Assembly: GCF_963921235.1 (NCBI RefSeq)
Contig: NC_086108.1
Location: 1,550,001 to 1,614,000 of the forward strand
Reading direction: 5' to 3'
Source: Mobula hypostoma
Taxonomy: Eukaryota
Length of the DNA: 64,000 nt
The notes below the pieces were generated by a model that saw only the letters and a list, made by a program, of their open reading frames with translations, made no database searches and was not told the origin of the DNA. This document shows, piece by piece, positions 25,470-36,375 of this stretch. The position numbers and the translations under genes are program-made. Every line of letters starts with the position of its first letter. The first letter of the stretch is position 1.

Positions 25470-26350
25470 GCAACATACTGGGACAATGCTTTCAGGATTA
25501 ATGGAGAGTGGTTAAGATGCAGATATTGTGCACTTCAATTTGGGAGAAGTGTTAGCATGGATTGAAAACAGATACCTGGAAACAGGTATTTAACTTGTGG
25601 AGTGCCACATGGATTGGTTCTTGACCTTCTGCGTGGCACTGAAGGAGGACGCGCCGGAGGTTCGCCCAGTGAGGCACTGCAGGTGGAGCTGGGCAGCAGG
25701 GAAGGTGCAATCACTCTGATGGACATCTCCCAAACGCCAGCAGGAGATGGAGGAACAGGTGTAGGCAGATTATGGAAAGTCGTAAAAGCAACAGAGTCGG
25801 GGACGACTTTAATGTTCCCAATATTCACCAGGACTCCTTTCACGCCAGAGGCCGAGAGGGGAATGATATGTCAGCAATATCTTGGAAAGATTTAACAGGG
25901 TGTAGTCTGGATTAAGGAGCATGTTTTATGAGGATGCGTTGAGCGAGATAGGAGTTTTCTTCGGAGTGAAGGAGAATGAGAGGCGATGATAGACCTGCAT
26001 CATACAAGAGGCACAAAGAGAGTGGACCGCCAGAGATTTTTTCCCTAGGGCAGAAACAGCTAATAAGTGGGGGTGTCATTTTAATCTGATTAGAAGGAAG
26101 TATAAGGGAGTGTCAGAGATACGTCCCTCCCTCTCCACCCCCCAACACACCCAGAGTGGTAGAGGCAGGAAACGCACTGCCCAGGATGATGGTGGAGGTA
26201 GATACATTAGGGACATTCAGGAGATTCTCATAGCACATGGATGATATAAAAATGGAAGGTGATGTGTGAGGGAAGGATTTGATTGATATGGCTTAGAAGG
26301 TCAATACAACTCAATGGGTCAAAGGGCCTGTAAAATGCTGCACTGTGCTA
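25470..26350 (+). mobile_element. Old, mosaic CR1 fragments
   Basis: Degenerate GVPHGLVL RT motif, an endonuclease-like piece, and 3' tail GGGTCAAAGGGCCTGT. Confidence 0.6.
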
Positions 26351-29269
26351 CGCAGTATGATTGGTGACCAGCGAGGAAGAGGGAGTGGAGAAGAACGAGG
26401 TGTGGCTAGCAACACCCTCTCACATTTCAGCAGCAATGATGCTTTGCTCTAAAAGGGTCCCAAGAGTCTAAAAATAACAGGGGTTATGTTATCCCTCGGG
26501 AATTAACCCGAGTTGAGAGGGACTGCCCGAGGCTGACCACAAAGAAAAAGTGAGAGACAGGGGGCAAGCATAACAAGCTTGTTCTAGACACAACACCATC
26601 CGCAATCACAACTCTCCCCACCTTTCATGTGGGTTCACAATAATCACAGAATGACACTGCAATAGCCTGAGCTGGCAATCCTGCTGTACGCACTCCAGAT
26701 CAACTCTCCCATCTTCCTAGTCCCTCTCGAAGGCCTTGACTAAGAGCTGCCACCACACACGAGGCGGCGGATTCCAGATGCTAAAGATTACATTAAAGGT
26801 TTGCTTTCATTCTTACATTTACATCGGAACATCAAAACACCCAAATGAAATGTGCCGTTTGTGTCAATGACTAACACAGTCGAAGGACGTGCTTGGGGCA
26901 GCCTGCAAGTGTTGCCATGTTTCCAGAACCAGCACAGCGTGCCCACAACTCACTCACCCTAACCAGTACATCTTTGGATTGTGGGGAGACTGGAGCACCT
27001 GGGGGAGTGCACGTGGTCACTGGGAGAGCATACAAGCTCCTTACAGACAATGTCAGGAATTGAACTGGGGTCACTGGCACTACGACATTACACTAACCAC
27101 TACACTCTGCACCACCATTATTGGCATCAGGGAAAATAAGCTCCTGGCCTCCAGTTTGGTTCATTCATTATGTGCTGCGTTACATCCTGGTTTTCTCATG
27201 ACCATGATTGTTCTTGGCAAATTTATCTGAAGAACTGGTTTGCCATTACCTTCTTCTGGGCAGTGTCTTTACAAGACAGGTGGCCCTAGCCATTATCAAT
27301 ACCCTCCAGAGATTGTCTGCCTGGTGTCAATGGTCACATAACCAGGGCTTATGATATTTTCCAGCTGCTCACACGACCATCCACCACCTGCTCCCGTGGC
27401 TTCATGTGAGCCTGATGGGACGGGAGAGGCTGGGTAGGTATTTCACCTTGCCTTGCCTAGGGGTGTCCTGCAGACTAGGGGTGCCCTGCAGACTAGGGGT
27501 GCCCTGCTTGACTAGGGGTGCCCTGCTTGACTAGTGCAGGGAAGGAGCACCTCACTCCTCCTTTGATGGAGGTGCATCTCCACCCACACCCAACTCAGTG
27601 GTCGCTTAACTATATGGTGCCTCCCAGGCAAAAGTGTTAAATCCACGCCTGAACTTTTGATGCGCCTACCGAAGGGAGGATCTCCCCTCAAAGCCCTTGA
27701 GCTCAGAACGGGATGGTGACTGGGCAAGTTTAAAGCAGAGGTTTAGCAAGCAAGGACGTCACAGATTACAGGAGGAACGTAGGAGAATGGTGTGAGGGGA
27801 AAAATAACCCAGCCAAGGTGGAATGGCAGAGCAGAGTACAGCACCGTACAAGCCCTTCGGCCAGTGAGGTTGTGTCAACCCTTTAACCCACTCCAACATC
27901 TAAGTCGCCCAGGTGTTCCCAACGTGGGGTCCATGGTATAAGGTTGGGAACCCCCAATTCATCTCTTCCCTCCCATAACCCAGAGATCGTGCAGGTGCTG
28001 GCAATCCAGAGCATCACACACAAAGTGCTGGAGGAACTCAGCAGGTCAGGCAGCGTCTACGGAGAGGAATAGACAGTCGATGTTTCGAGCTGAGGCTCTT
28101 CTTCTGGACCTGTTGACTGCTTATCCCACTCCACAGATGCTGCCTGCCCTGCTGATTTCCTCCAGCAATTCATGTCAGACTCACATGTTGCACCAGCTCC
28201 CCCCCCATTTTTCTTTCATCCATGTGCCAAAAGGCCCAATTCCATTTCTACATCTTAGACCATAAGGCCATTAGTGATATGAGCAGAATTAAGCCATTAA
28301 GTCCATTGATGTTCCACCATTCCATCTTGGATGATTTATCATGTTTCTCAAAACCTATTCTCCTGCCTTCCCCTGTAACCTTTGACACCCCGAATAGTTA
28401 AGAACCTTTCAAATGTGAGGTGGTACCAAACCTTATTGGTGTGGTACAACATCGTGGGTGGAAAGACTGTCCCTGATCTGCACTGTTATGCTCAGAATGC
28501 ACAGAAATACCTTTTGGTCAACAAGACAGACGAGCACTATCAGGCCTTTTGAGCTTGCACTCCATTCCATCACGGCTGATTTATCTTCCCTCTGAAACCC
28601 ATTCTCCTGCCTTCTCTCCGTAACCTTTAACACCTGACTAATCAAGAACCTGTCAACCTCTGCTTTAAATATACCCAATGGCTTAGCCTCGCCAACCATC
28701 TGCGGCAATGAATTCACCACCACCTGGCTAAAGAAATTCCTCCTCATCTCCGTTCTAAAGGGACATCCTTCTTATGGTCTTATGACAGAACACAAGTGTC
28801 TCTGGTGCTTATTTATTAAGTGACACACGGTGCTTTGGAATAGTTATTGATTAGTTTTAACCGCAAGGTGAGGCGTGCTACGTGGTGAGATGTTGGGCAG
28901 ATCACCCATGGAAACCCAGCAGCAGTAGAGTCAACACAAGCCCAGAGCCCCCAGGCAAGATGTGCAAACCCTGCACAAAACTGCCCCACAGGTTCAGCCA
29001 GAGAGATGGGCCTTGTCACGCCTGGCTTCTCTCCAATGCCAATACGCAAGAGGGAGAGGAAGACATTGGCCTTGGCCTTGCTTCCTTCTATCCTTGTCCT
29101 TCTCAATGTGTTGGTGATGCACTCACTTTGTGAAGCTTACCAAATAATTCTAGCCTTTATAACAGAGACTAACTTTTAAAACCAGCGGGATAAGGGTTTG
29201 ATGCAAGAAATTTGGCAGATGCTGGAAATCAAGAGCAACACAGAGAAGATGCTGAAGTACTGAGGTCAA

Positions 29270-29660
29270 CGGGAGGATTCTTGGCAGTGCTGAGGATCAG
29301 AGGGATCTATGATCTCCACAGAGTTGCAGTATAAGTTGACAGGGTGGTTAGGAAGGTGCATGATGTGTTGGCCTTCATTAGTCAGAGAACTGAGTTCAAG
29401 AGCCATGGGGTAGTGTCATAGACCATAAAACTTTGCATAACCCACACTTGGAGTACTGCGTTCAGTTCTGGTCGCCTCATTATAAGAAGGATATGGAAGC
29501 TTTCGATAAGGTGCAGAGGAGATTTACCAGGATGTTGCTTGGATTAGAGAGCATGTCTTGTGAAGACAGGTAGAGCAAGCTGAGGCTTTCTTTTAGAGTG
29601 AAGGAGGATGAGAAGTGACTTGATAGTGGTGTACAAGATGATAAGAAGATAGAGATCAAA
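29270..29660 (+). mobile_element. CR1 fragment
   Basis: CACTTGGAGTACTGCGTTCAGTTCTGGTCGCC and flanks match 19460-19870. Confidence 0.8.
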
Positions 29661-29694
29661 GAGCTGAGAGTCTCATAAATGTCCCTAATGTATC

Positions 29695-30090
29695 TGCTGG
29701 GTGGCGGGGTGAAGATGCATCTCTACCAAAGGAGGTGTAAGGCACTCCTTCCCTCCGCTAGTCTGCCGGTCACATTCAGGCAAGGTGTAGCACTTGCTTA
29801 TCACCCCCCCCCCCCCGATCAGGGTCACATGAAGGCATGGGATCAGGTGGTGGATGGTCGTATGAGCAGCCGGTGCAGATCACAAGTCCTGGTTATGTGA
29901 CCACTGACACCGGACAGACAATCTCTGAAGAGTATTGATAACGGCCGGGGTCACCCATCTTGTAAAGACACTGCCCCGAAGGCAATGGCAGACCAAACCA
30001 ATTCTGTCGAAAAATTTGCCCAGAACAATCACGGTCATATAGACCAGAATCACACACATCATACAACACAGAACATAATGCTTATGATTA
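29695..30090 (+). mobile_element. RTE-related SINE-like element; inverted second copy at ~27160-27590
   Basis: The two copies are clearly homologous (ATCTTGTAAAGACACTGCCC / GGGCAGTGTCTTTACAAGA). RTE affinity is inferred from the GGCAAACCA-like 3' motif. Confidence 0.55.
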
Positions 30091-30469
30091 TGAATGTATC
30101 TGCCTCCAACCAACATTTATGGCAGTGTGTTCCACACCAAACACTCAGTACAAAAAGTCTACTCTGACATACCCCCCCATTCTTTCCTCTAAACACCTTG
30201 TGCCCCCTCATATTAGCCATTTCTGCCCTGGGGAAAAGCCTCTGGCCGCCCACCTGATTGATGCCTCTTTCTTACAGCAATAGGAAATCCTAATCATAGC
30301 AGAACTAACAGGAATAGCTCAGGGAGTGACAGAAAGAACAGAAACAGTGTTGGTGTATCAAGTTTGTAATATCAACACTGTTTCCCTCTCAATCTTGCTG
30401 ATTACTTCCTGTGCTTTGTTTTTATTTCGGATTGTATTACGTACCAGTGACATTGCTCAGCTCAAAACT

Positions 30470-31730
30470 CAGAAGTTCGAAGTAAATTTATCAGAGTACA
30501 CATATATGTCACTATACACAAACCTGAGATTCATTTTCCTGAGGCATTCACAGTAAATACAAAGGAACATGATAGTATGAAAGAAAAACTGCACACAAGG
30601 TGGACAAATATCCGAAGTACAAAAGACAACAAATTGTGCAAAATATGAAAAAAGCATTAAATGTGGAGAACACGAGATGAAGAGTCCATTGAAGTGAGTC
30701 TGTAGGTTGTGGGAACAGTTCAGTGTTGTGGTGAGTGAAGTTATCTACACTGGCTTGGGTTCCTGGTGGCTGAGAGATAATAACTGTTCCTGAACCTGAT
30801 GGTGTGAATCCTGAGATTCCTGTACATCATTCCAGAGGTCCATGAGTCAGTCCTCAGAGGATCAGAGGTAGAGAGAATCAGCAACTTTAAATTCCTCTGA
30901 GGATTCCTCAGAGGATCTGACCTTGACCCAACACTTAAGTGCAATTAAACAGAATGCACGGGAGTGACTCTACTTCCTTAGGAGCGTGCAGAGAATTTAC
31001 ACATCTAAAAGTTTGAGAAACTTCTATAGATGAGTAGTGGAGAGTATATTGACTGGCTGCATCACAGCCTGGTATGGAAACACTAATACATTTGAATGGA
31101 AAATCCTACAAAATAGTTGATACGGCCCAGTCCATCACAGGTAAAGCTCTCCCTTCCATTGAGCACATCTACATGGAGTGTTGTCATCAAGGATCCCAAC
31201 CACCCAGGCCATACTCTGTCTCGCTGCTGCCACTAGGAAGAAGGTACAGGAGCCTCAGGACCCACACCACCAGGTTCAGGAACAGTTATTGCTCCTGAAC
31301 CAGAGGGGATAACTTCACTCACCCCACCATTGAAACGTACCCACAACCTGGAGGCTCACTTTCAAGGACAGTTCAGCTCATGTTCTTGATATTCATTGCT
31401 TATTTATTTTTATTTCTTTCCTTTTGTATCTGAAGTTTGTCTTCTGCACACTGGCTGAGCGTCTGAGTTGGAGCAGTCGTTCATTGATTCTATTGTAGAT
31501 TTATTGAGTATGCCTGCAAGAAAATCAATCTCAGGATTTATGTATTATTATTATTTCTGTCTTTTTATATTTGCACAGCTTGTTGCCTTTTGCACACTGT
31601 TTAGGGTGAGTGAAGTTATCCCCTCTGGTTCAGGAGCCTGATAGTCGAGGGGTAATAACTGCTCCTGAACCTTGTGGTGCGGGTCCCGAGGTTCCTGTAC
31701 CTTCTTCCTGATGGCAGCAGTGAGAAGACA
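30470..31730. mobile_element. Cluster of Rex1-like 3' fragments in alternating orientation
   Basis: Minus-strand YRNLRIHTIRFRNSYY (30741-30944), plus-strand GRRYRSLRTHTTRFRNSY (31074-31298), and another minus piece at 31600-31730. Confidence 0.7.
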
Positions 31731-33184
31731 GCATTGGCTCGCACATGCATTGCATTCAAATTACACTCTTGTAGTATTTTATTACAGAGACCAACTTTTA
31801 AAAACAGGCCTTGATGTGGTTAGATCTATCCAACTGACCCACCTACTCATCAACAGGTACAGTGATTCCGGATCAGCTGAATTGATTTACTGAGACACAG
31901 TGAGGAACGGGCCCTCTTGGCCTTCGAGCCACGCTGCCCAGCAACCCCCTGATTTAACGCTAGCTTAATCGTGGGACAATTTACAATGACCCACCGGTAG
32001 GTCTTTGGACATTGGGAGGAAACCCACGTGGTGATGGGGAGAACTTACAAACTCTTTCCAGGCAATGCCAGCACTGTACTGCGTTGTGTTGGCCACCATA
32101 ATACGGTGCCGCCCCACCGCACATACATCCGAACAGTGCTCGTGTCAAGAACCAACACAGTCCGAGGGTTGTCCTGAGGGCAGCCCACAAGTATCGCCAC
32201 AGTTTCGGCACCAACACAGCATGCCCACGACTTACTAACCCTAACCCACAACACCGGGAAGAAACCCACACACCACGGGGTCACGGGAGAACATCCAAAC
32301 TCCTCAAAGGCTGGATCAGAATCCCGATCGGTGATCACTGGGCCCACTAACTTCTACGCTACCGTGACGCCCCTCTGTCAGGGCAGGTCTCCCAACCTTT
32401 TTTAATGCCATGGACACCTACCACAGACCCCAGGACATGAAGCCCTACATGACAGCAAGGCTTACAATCAACAACAGTGGCAAGTCACAGCTGAAGCAGA
32501 GACTAGGAGTGATGCCTGGGTCCGTTTAAACATGAACAGGAAATGCCTGACCCAATCCAGTAATCACACCACACCTCACGTTCAACTTGCTCACAGCAGA
32601 CAATGGCTGTCGTCTCAATGCAGAAGGGTAGGAGGGAGCTTCTACAGATGCTGAGGACTCGGACTGGGACTGGAAAGGAAGGGAGCGGAAGCCAGGATAA
32701 AAAGCTGGGGTGGCGACGGAGTACAAACTGCCATGCGACAGGCGACATCAGGAGAGAGAGGGAAGGTGGGTGGGCTGGGGGTGAGTGAAGTAAGAAGCTG
32801 GGAGTTGACAGGTGGAAGGGGGAAGGGGCTAAAGACAGAATCTGACAGGAAAGGACAGAAGAACGTCAGTAAGATCCTGGGGAACTTTTGCCTCCTGCCC
32901 TTTCCCGGTCTCCCAGCTCAGGAGCAGCAGCTGTCCTGGACAAAATCAAATGACTCAAACTGTGAAGACATTGGTTGCCAAGGCAACGGCAGGCCCGGGT
33001 AGCTTCCTCCCCTCCCCTGAGGGAGCCTGCGCGTGGCCATCGCTCAAAAATCCTCAGGTAGAATTTACAAGAGCAGAGCGCAGGCCATTCGCCCATCACA
33101 TCTGGGATGGCCACGATACCGCACGTGGGATGCTTGAGCAGCTGGAGGAACTCAACGGGTCAGGCAGCATGCAGTCGGCATCAT

Positions 33185-33665
33185 AATACAGGCCAGGCCC
33201 TTCGGCCCACAAGTTGTGCCAACCTTTTAACCTATTCCAAGATCAATCTAACCCTCCCCTCCATTTTTCTGTCATCCATGTGCCTATCTTAAATATCCCT
33301 AATGTATCTGGCAATACCAGCGCCCCAGCAGTGCATTCCATGCACCCACCCCTTTCCGTGTAGACATCCCCTTCCCCCCCAATACTTCTCTCCAGTCACC
33401 TTAAAATTATGCCCCTCCTATTAGCCATTTGCACCCTGGGGAAAGTCTCTGGCTGTCCACTCGATCGGTGTCTCTTATCATCTGGTGCACCTTTATCAAG
33501 TCACTTCTCATCCTCATTCACTCCAAAGAGAAAAGCCCCAGCTCATTCAACCTATCCTCATAAGACACGATCTCCAATCCCGGCAGCATCCTGGTAAATC
33601 TCCTCCGCACCTTCTCTAAATGCTTCTACATCCTTCCTATAATGAAACAACCAGAACCGAACACA
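33185..33665 (-). mobile_element. CR1 3' fragment
   Basis: Reverse complement of the CR1 3' end (GGCCCTTCGGCCCAC tail) seen at 19700-20200. Confidence 0.75.
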
Positions 33666-33694
33666 GAACTGAATGCTCAATTGAATACTCCCAA

Positions 33695-34545
33695 GCAACA
33701 CACACAAAATGCTGGAGGAACTCAGCTGGTCAGACAGTGTCGATGGTCAGAGTAACACACACAAAATGCTGGAGGAACTCAGCTGGTCAGACAGTGTCGA
33801 TGGTCAGAGTAACACACACAAAATGCTGGAGGAACTCAGCAGGTCAGACAGTGTCGATGGTCAGAGTAACACACACAAAATGCTGGAGGAACTCAGCGGG
33901 TCAGACAGTGTCGATGGTCAGAGTAACACACACAAAATGCTGGAGGAACTCAGCGGGTCAGACAGTGTCGATGGTCAGAGTAACACACACAAAATGCTGG
34001 AGGAACTCAGCAGGTCAGACAGTGTCGATGGCCAGACTAACACACACGAAATGCTGGAGGAACTCAGCAGGTCAGACAGTGTCGATGGCCAGAGTAACAC
34101 ACACGAAATGCTGGAGGAATTCAGCAGGTCAGACAGTGTCGATGGTCAGAGTAACACACACAAAATGCTGGAGGAACTCAGCAGGTCAGACAGGGTCTAT
34201 GGTCAGAGTAACACACTCAAAATGCTGGAGGAACTCAGCCGGTCAGACAGTGTCGATGGTCAGAGTAACACACACAAAATGCTGGAGGAACTCAGCGGGT
34301 CAGACAGTGTCGATGGTCAGAGTAACACACACAAAATGCTGGAGGAACTCAGCAGGTCAGACAGTGTCGATGGTCAGAGTAACACACACAAAATGCTGGG
34401 GGAACTCAGCAGGTCAGACAGTGTCGATGGTCAGAGTAACACACACAAAATGCTGGAGGAACTCAGCCGGTCAGACAGTGTCGATGATCAGAGTAACACA
34501 CAAAAAATGCTGTAGGAACTCAGCAGGTCAGACAGCGACTATAGA
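33695..34545. repeat. 57-bp minisatellite, about 15 copies
   Basis: Unit ACACACACAAAATGCTGGAGGAACTCAGCAGGTCAGACAGTGTCGATGGTCAGAGTA, seen as a 19-aa periodicity in two ORFs. Confidence 0.97.
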
Positions 34546-34855
34546 AAAGAATAAACAGTCAACGATTTGGACAGAGACCCTTCTTCAGGACTGGAAAGGA
34601 AGGGGGAAGATGCCAGAATAAAAAAAGTGGGATGTGGAGGGGAAGGGGGCTATCTAGAAGGTGAAAGGTGAAGCCAGGTGGGCATGAAAAATAAAGGGCT
34701 GGAGAGGAAGGAGTCTGATAGGAGAGGAGAGTGGACCATAGGAGAGGGGGAAGGAGGAGGGGTCCCAGGGGGAAGTAATAGGCAGTTGAGAAAAAAATGA
34801 AAGCTCAGAGTGGGGAATAGAGGACGGGGTGGGGTGGGGGGGATTTGTTTACTGG
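34545..34855 (-). mobile_element. Penelope-like tail (same family as 8400-9150), contiguous with the 57-bp array
   Basis: Reverse complement of the CT-rich tail at 8420-8600; hammerhead-like core at 34556-34592. Confidence 0.75.
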
Positions 34856-35454
34856 AATGTATACTACAAAATACTCCAAGCTATTTCAGGCCCACTCCCC
34901 TCCCAAAACAATTTGCCTCACACATCTTTAAATTTCCCCGCTCTCAGATCTATAAATACAAGCATCCACTTTGGTTTTTGTTAGAGTTAGGGAAGCCTCC
35001 AGCACTGCAGATCCCCAGCAACACCTTCCATGCCGTCCCACGCCTCACTGTTATGAAGCACTCTTTGCGTTTCTCATTGAGGTTTACAAGGCCTGTTTCA
35101 GGGGTTTGAAAGCGGCAGACCCCCATCCGCTCCCTCTCTCACCCCCAAACGGGTACAGAGTTTGGGGGAAGACTGTCAATTAGTCACAGGCGCGGGAGGA
35201 ACAGAGAGAAAGGCAGACAGTCAAAGAGGAAAGAGGGTAGGACGCGAGGAAGGCTGGTAGGGTGTATTCAGACAGACGGGGATGAGCTGAAACCAGCAGC
35301 GGAGAGGTTGGGGCTACAGGGGAAAGGTGTCACGGGGCTAGACTGTAACAAGGGGCGAAGGCGGGATGGGCACGAATAAAGGCGGAAAGCTGGGAAAGGA
35401 GGCGCGGGTGATACGGGCAGACGGCCGGGAGCAGAAGGAGATGAGCTATACAGG

Positions 35455-35890
35455 GAGGGGAGGGGAGAGATGATCTGACACTGGGAGGCGGCCCGGGAGG
35501 GGGAGAAGAGATGATCTGACACTGGGAGGCGGGAGGGGAGGGGGAGATGATCTGACACTGGGGGGCGGCCCGGGAGGGGGAGAAGAGATGATCTGACACT
35601 GGGAGGCGGCCCGGGAGTGGGGGAGATGATCTGACACTGGGAGGCGGGAGGGGAGGGGGAGATGATCTGACACTGGGGGGCGGCCTGGGAGCGGGGGAGA
35701 TGATCTGACACTGGGAGGCGGGAGGGGAGGGGGGGAGAGATGATCTGACACTGGGAGGCGGGAGGGGGGGAGAGATGATCTGACACTGGGAGGCGGGAGG
35801 GGAGGGGGGGAGAGATGATCTGACACTGGGAGGCGGCCCGGGCGGGAGATGGGTGGTGGTGAACTGACACTGGGAGGCGGCCCGGGGGGG
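35455..35890. repeat. G-rich minisatellite, ~36-41 bp unit, about 10-11 copies
   Basis: Core GATGATCTGACACTGGG recurs, separated by variable G/A-rich spacers. Confidence 0.93.
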
Positions 35891-36131
35891 GGGGGTGTGA
35901 CCGATAACTGGACACACTTCCACTCGGCAGGGGTAAAGGGCTGGGCAGGCGAGTGACGCGTCGGAAGGTGGTTGGGTGACCACGACATCGAGCGAGAGGG
36001 CCGGGAGGCTGGGGAGGGAGGTAGGTCGATGCGTGACCGTATGACAAGGAGGGAAACAGGGAGTGAAGGGCGCACATGTAGCGGGGACACTCAGACGGGG
36101 TGTGGGGCTCGGGATTTCGGCTGCCACCCAC

Positions 36132-36180
36132 CTGAGGGGCAGGGGGGCCCCGGGAGCTGCTCCTGCTCTCTGCTCTTCAT
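36132..36180 (-). CDS. relb: RelB-like coding exon 1 (MKSREQEQLPGPPCPS-G, phase 1 end)
   Basis: Minus strand GGCGGT-ATG at 36180, 49 nt to TCAG|GTGGGT donor. Phase 1 matches the downstream exons. Lies immediately downstream of a CpG-rich promoter with kB sites. The link across 32 kb is inferred. Confidence 0.65.
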
Positions 36181-36239
36181 ACCGCCGCTGTCTCCCCAGC
36201 TCGCCACTGCGTCTCCCCCACCGCGCTCAGTTCCTTTTT

Positions 36240-36375
36240 TTTGATACTTTGCTGGAAATTCCCAGCCGAGGCGCGCGCGCTGATTGGCCGCCGGGCGGGG
36301 GAATCCCCTGCGCCGAGCACGTGACACAGTCCGGGGTGACGCAGTTGCCAGCGCGGCCGGCAGAAATCCCGGACA
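36240..36375 (-). promoter_or_regulatory. RelB-like core promoter in a CpG-rich island
   Basis: kB site GGGAATTTCC (minus, 36254-36263), CCAAT box (minus, 36283-36287), GC box GGGCGGGG (36293-36300) overlapping a second kB site GGGAATCCCC (36299-36308), E-box CACGTG (36318-36323). CpG-dense roughly 35950-36500. Confidence 0.75.

Noticed and set aside
26495..26512. CTCGGG-AATTAA-CCCGAG inverted repeat, kB-like
   Set aside because: Isolated, wrong spacing for a kB site, expected by chance.
29700..29800. HDV-like ribozyme at the 5' end of the RTE-related element
   Set aside because: Hairpins are present, but I could not build the nested double pseudoknot by eye.
33620..34621. 333-aa and 268-aa repeat ORFs
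   Set aside because: Translations of the 57-bp TE-derived minisatellite.
35268..36131. Pro-rich ORFs on the minus strand
   Set aside because: Open in all three frames because of the C-rich minisatellite, and they lie beyond the exon 1 splice donor.
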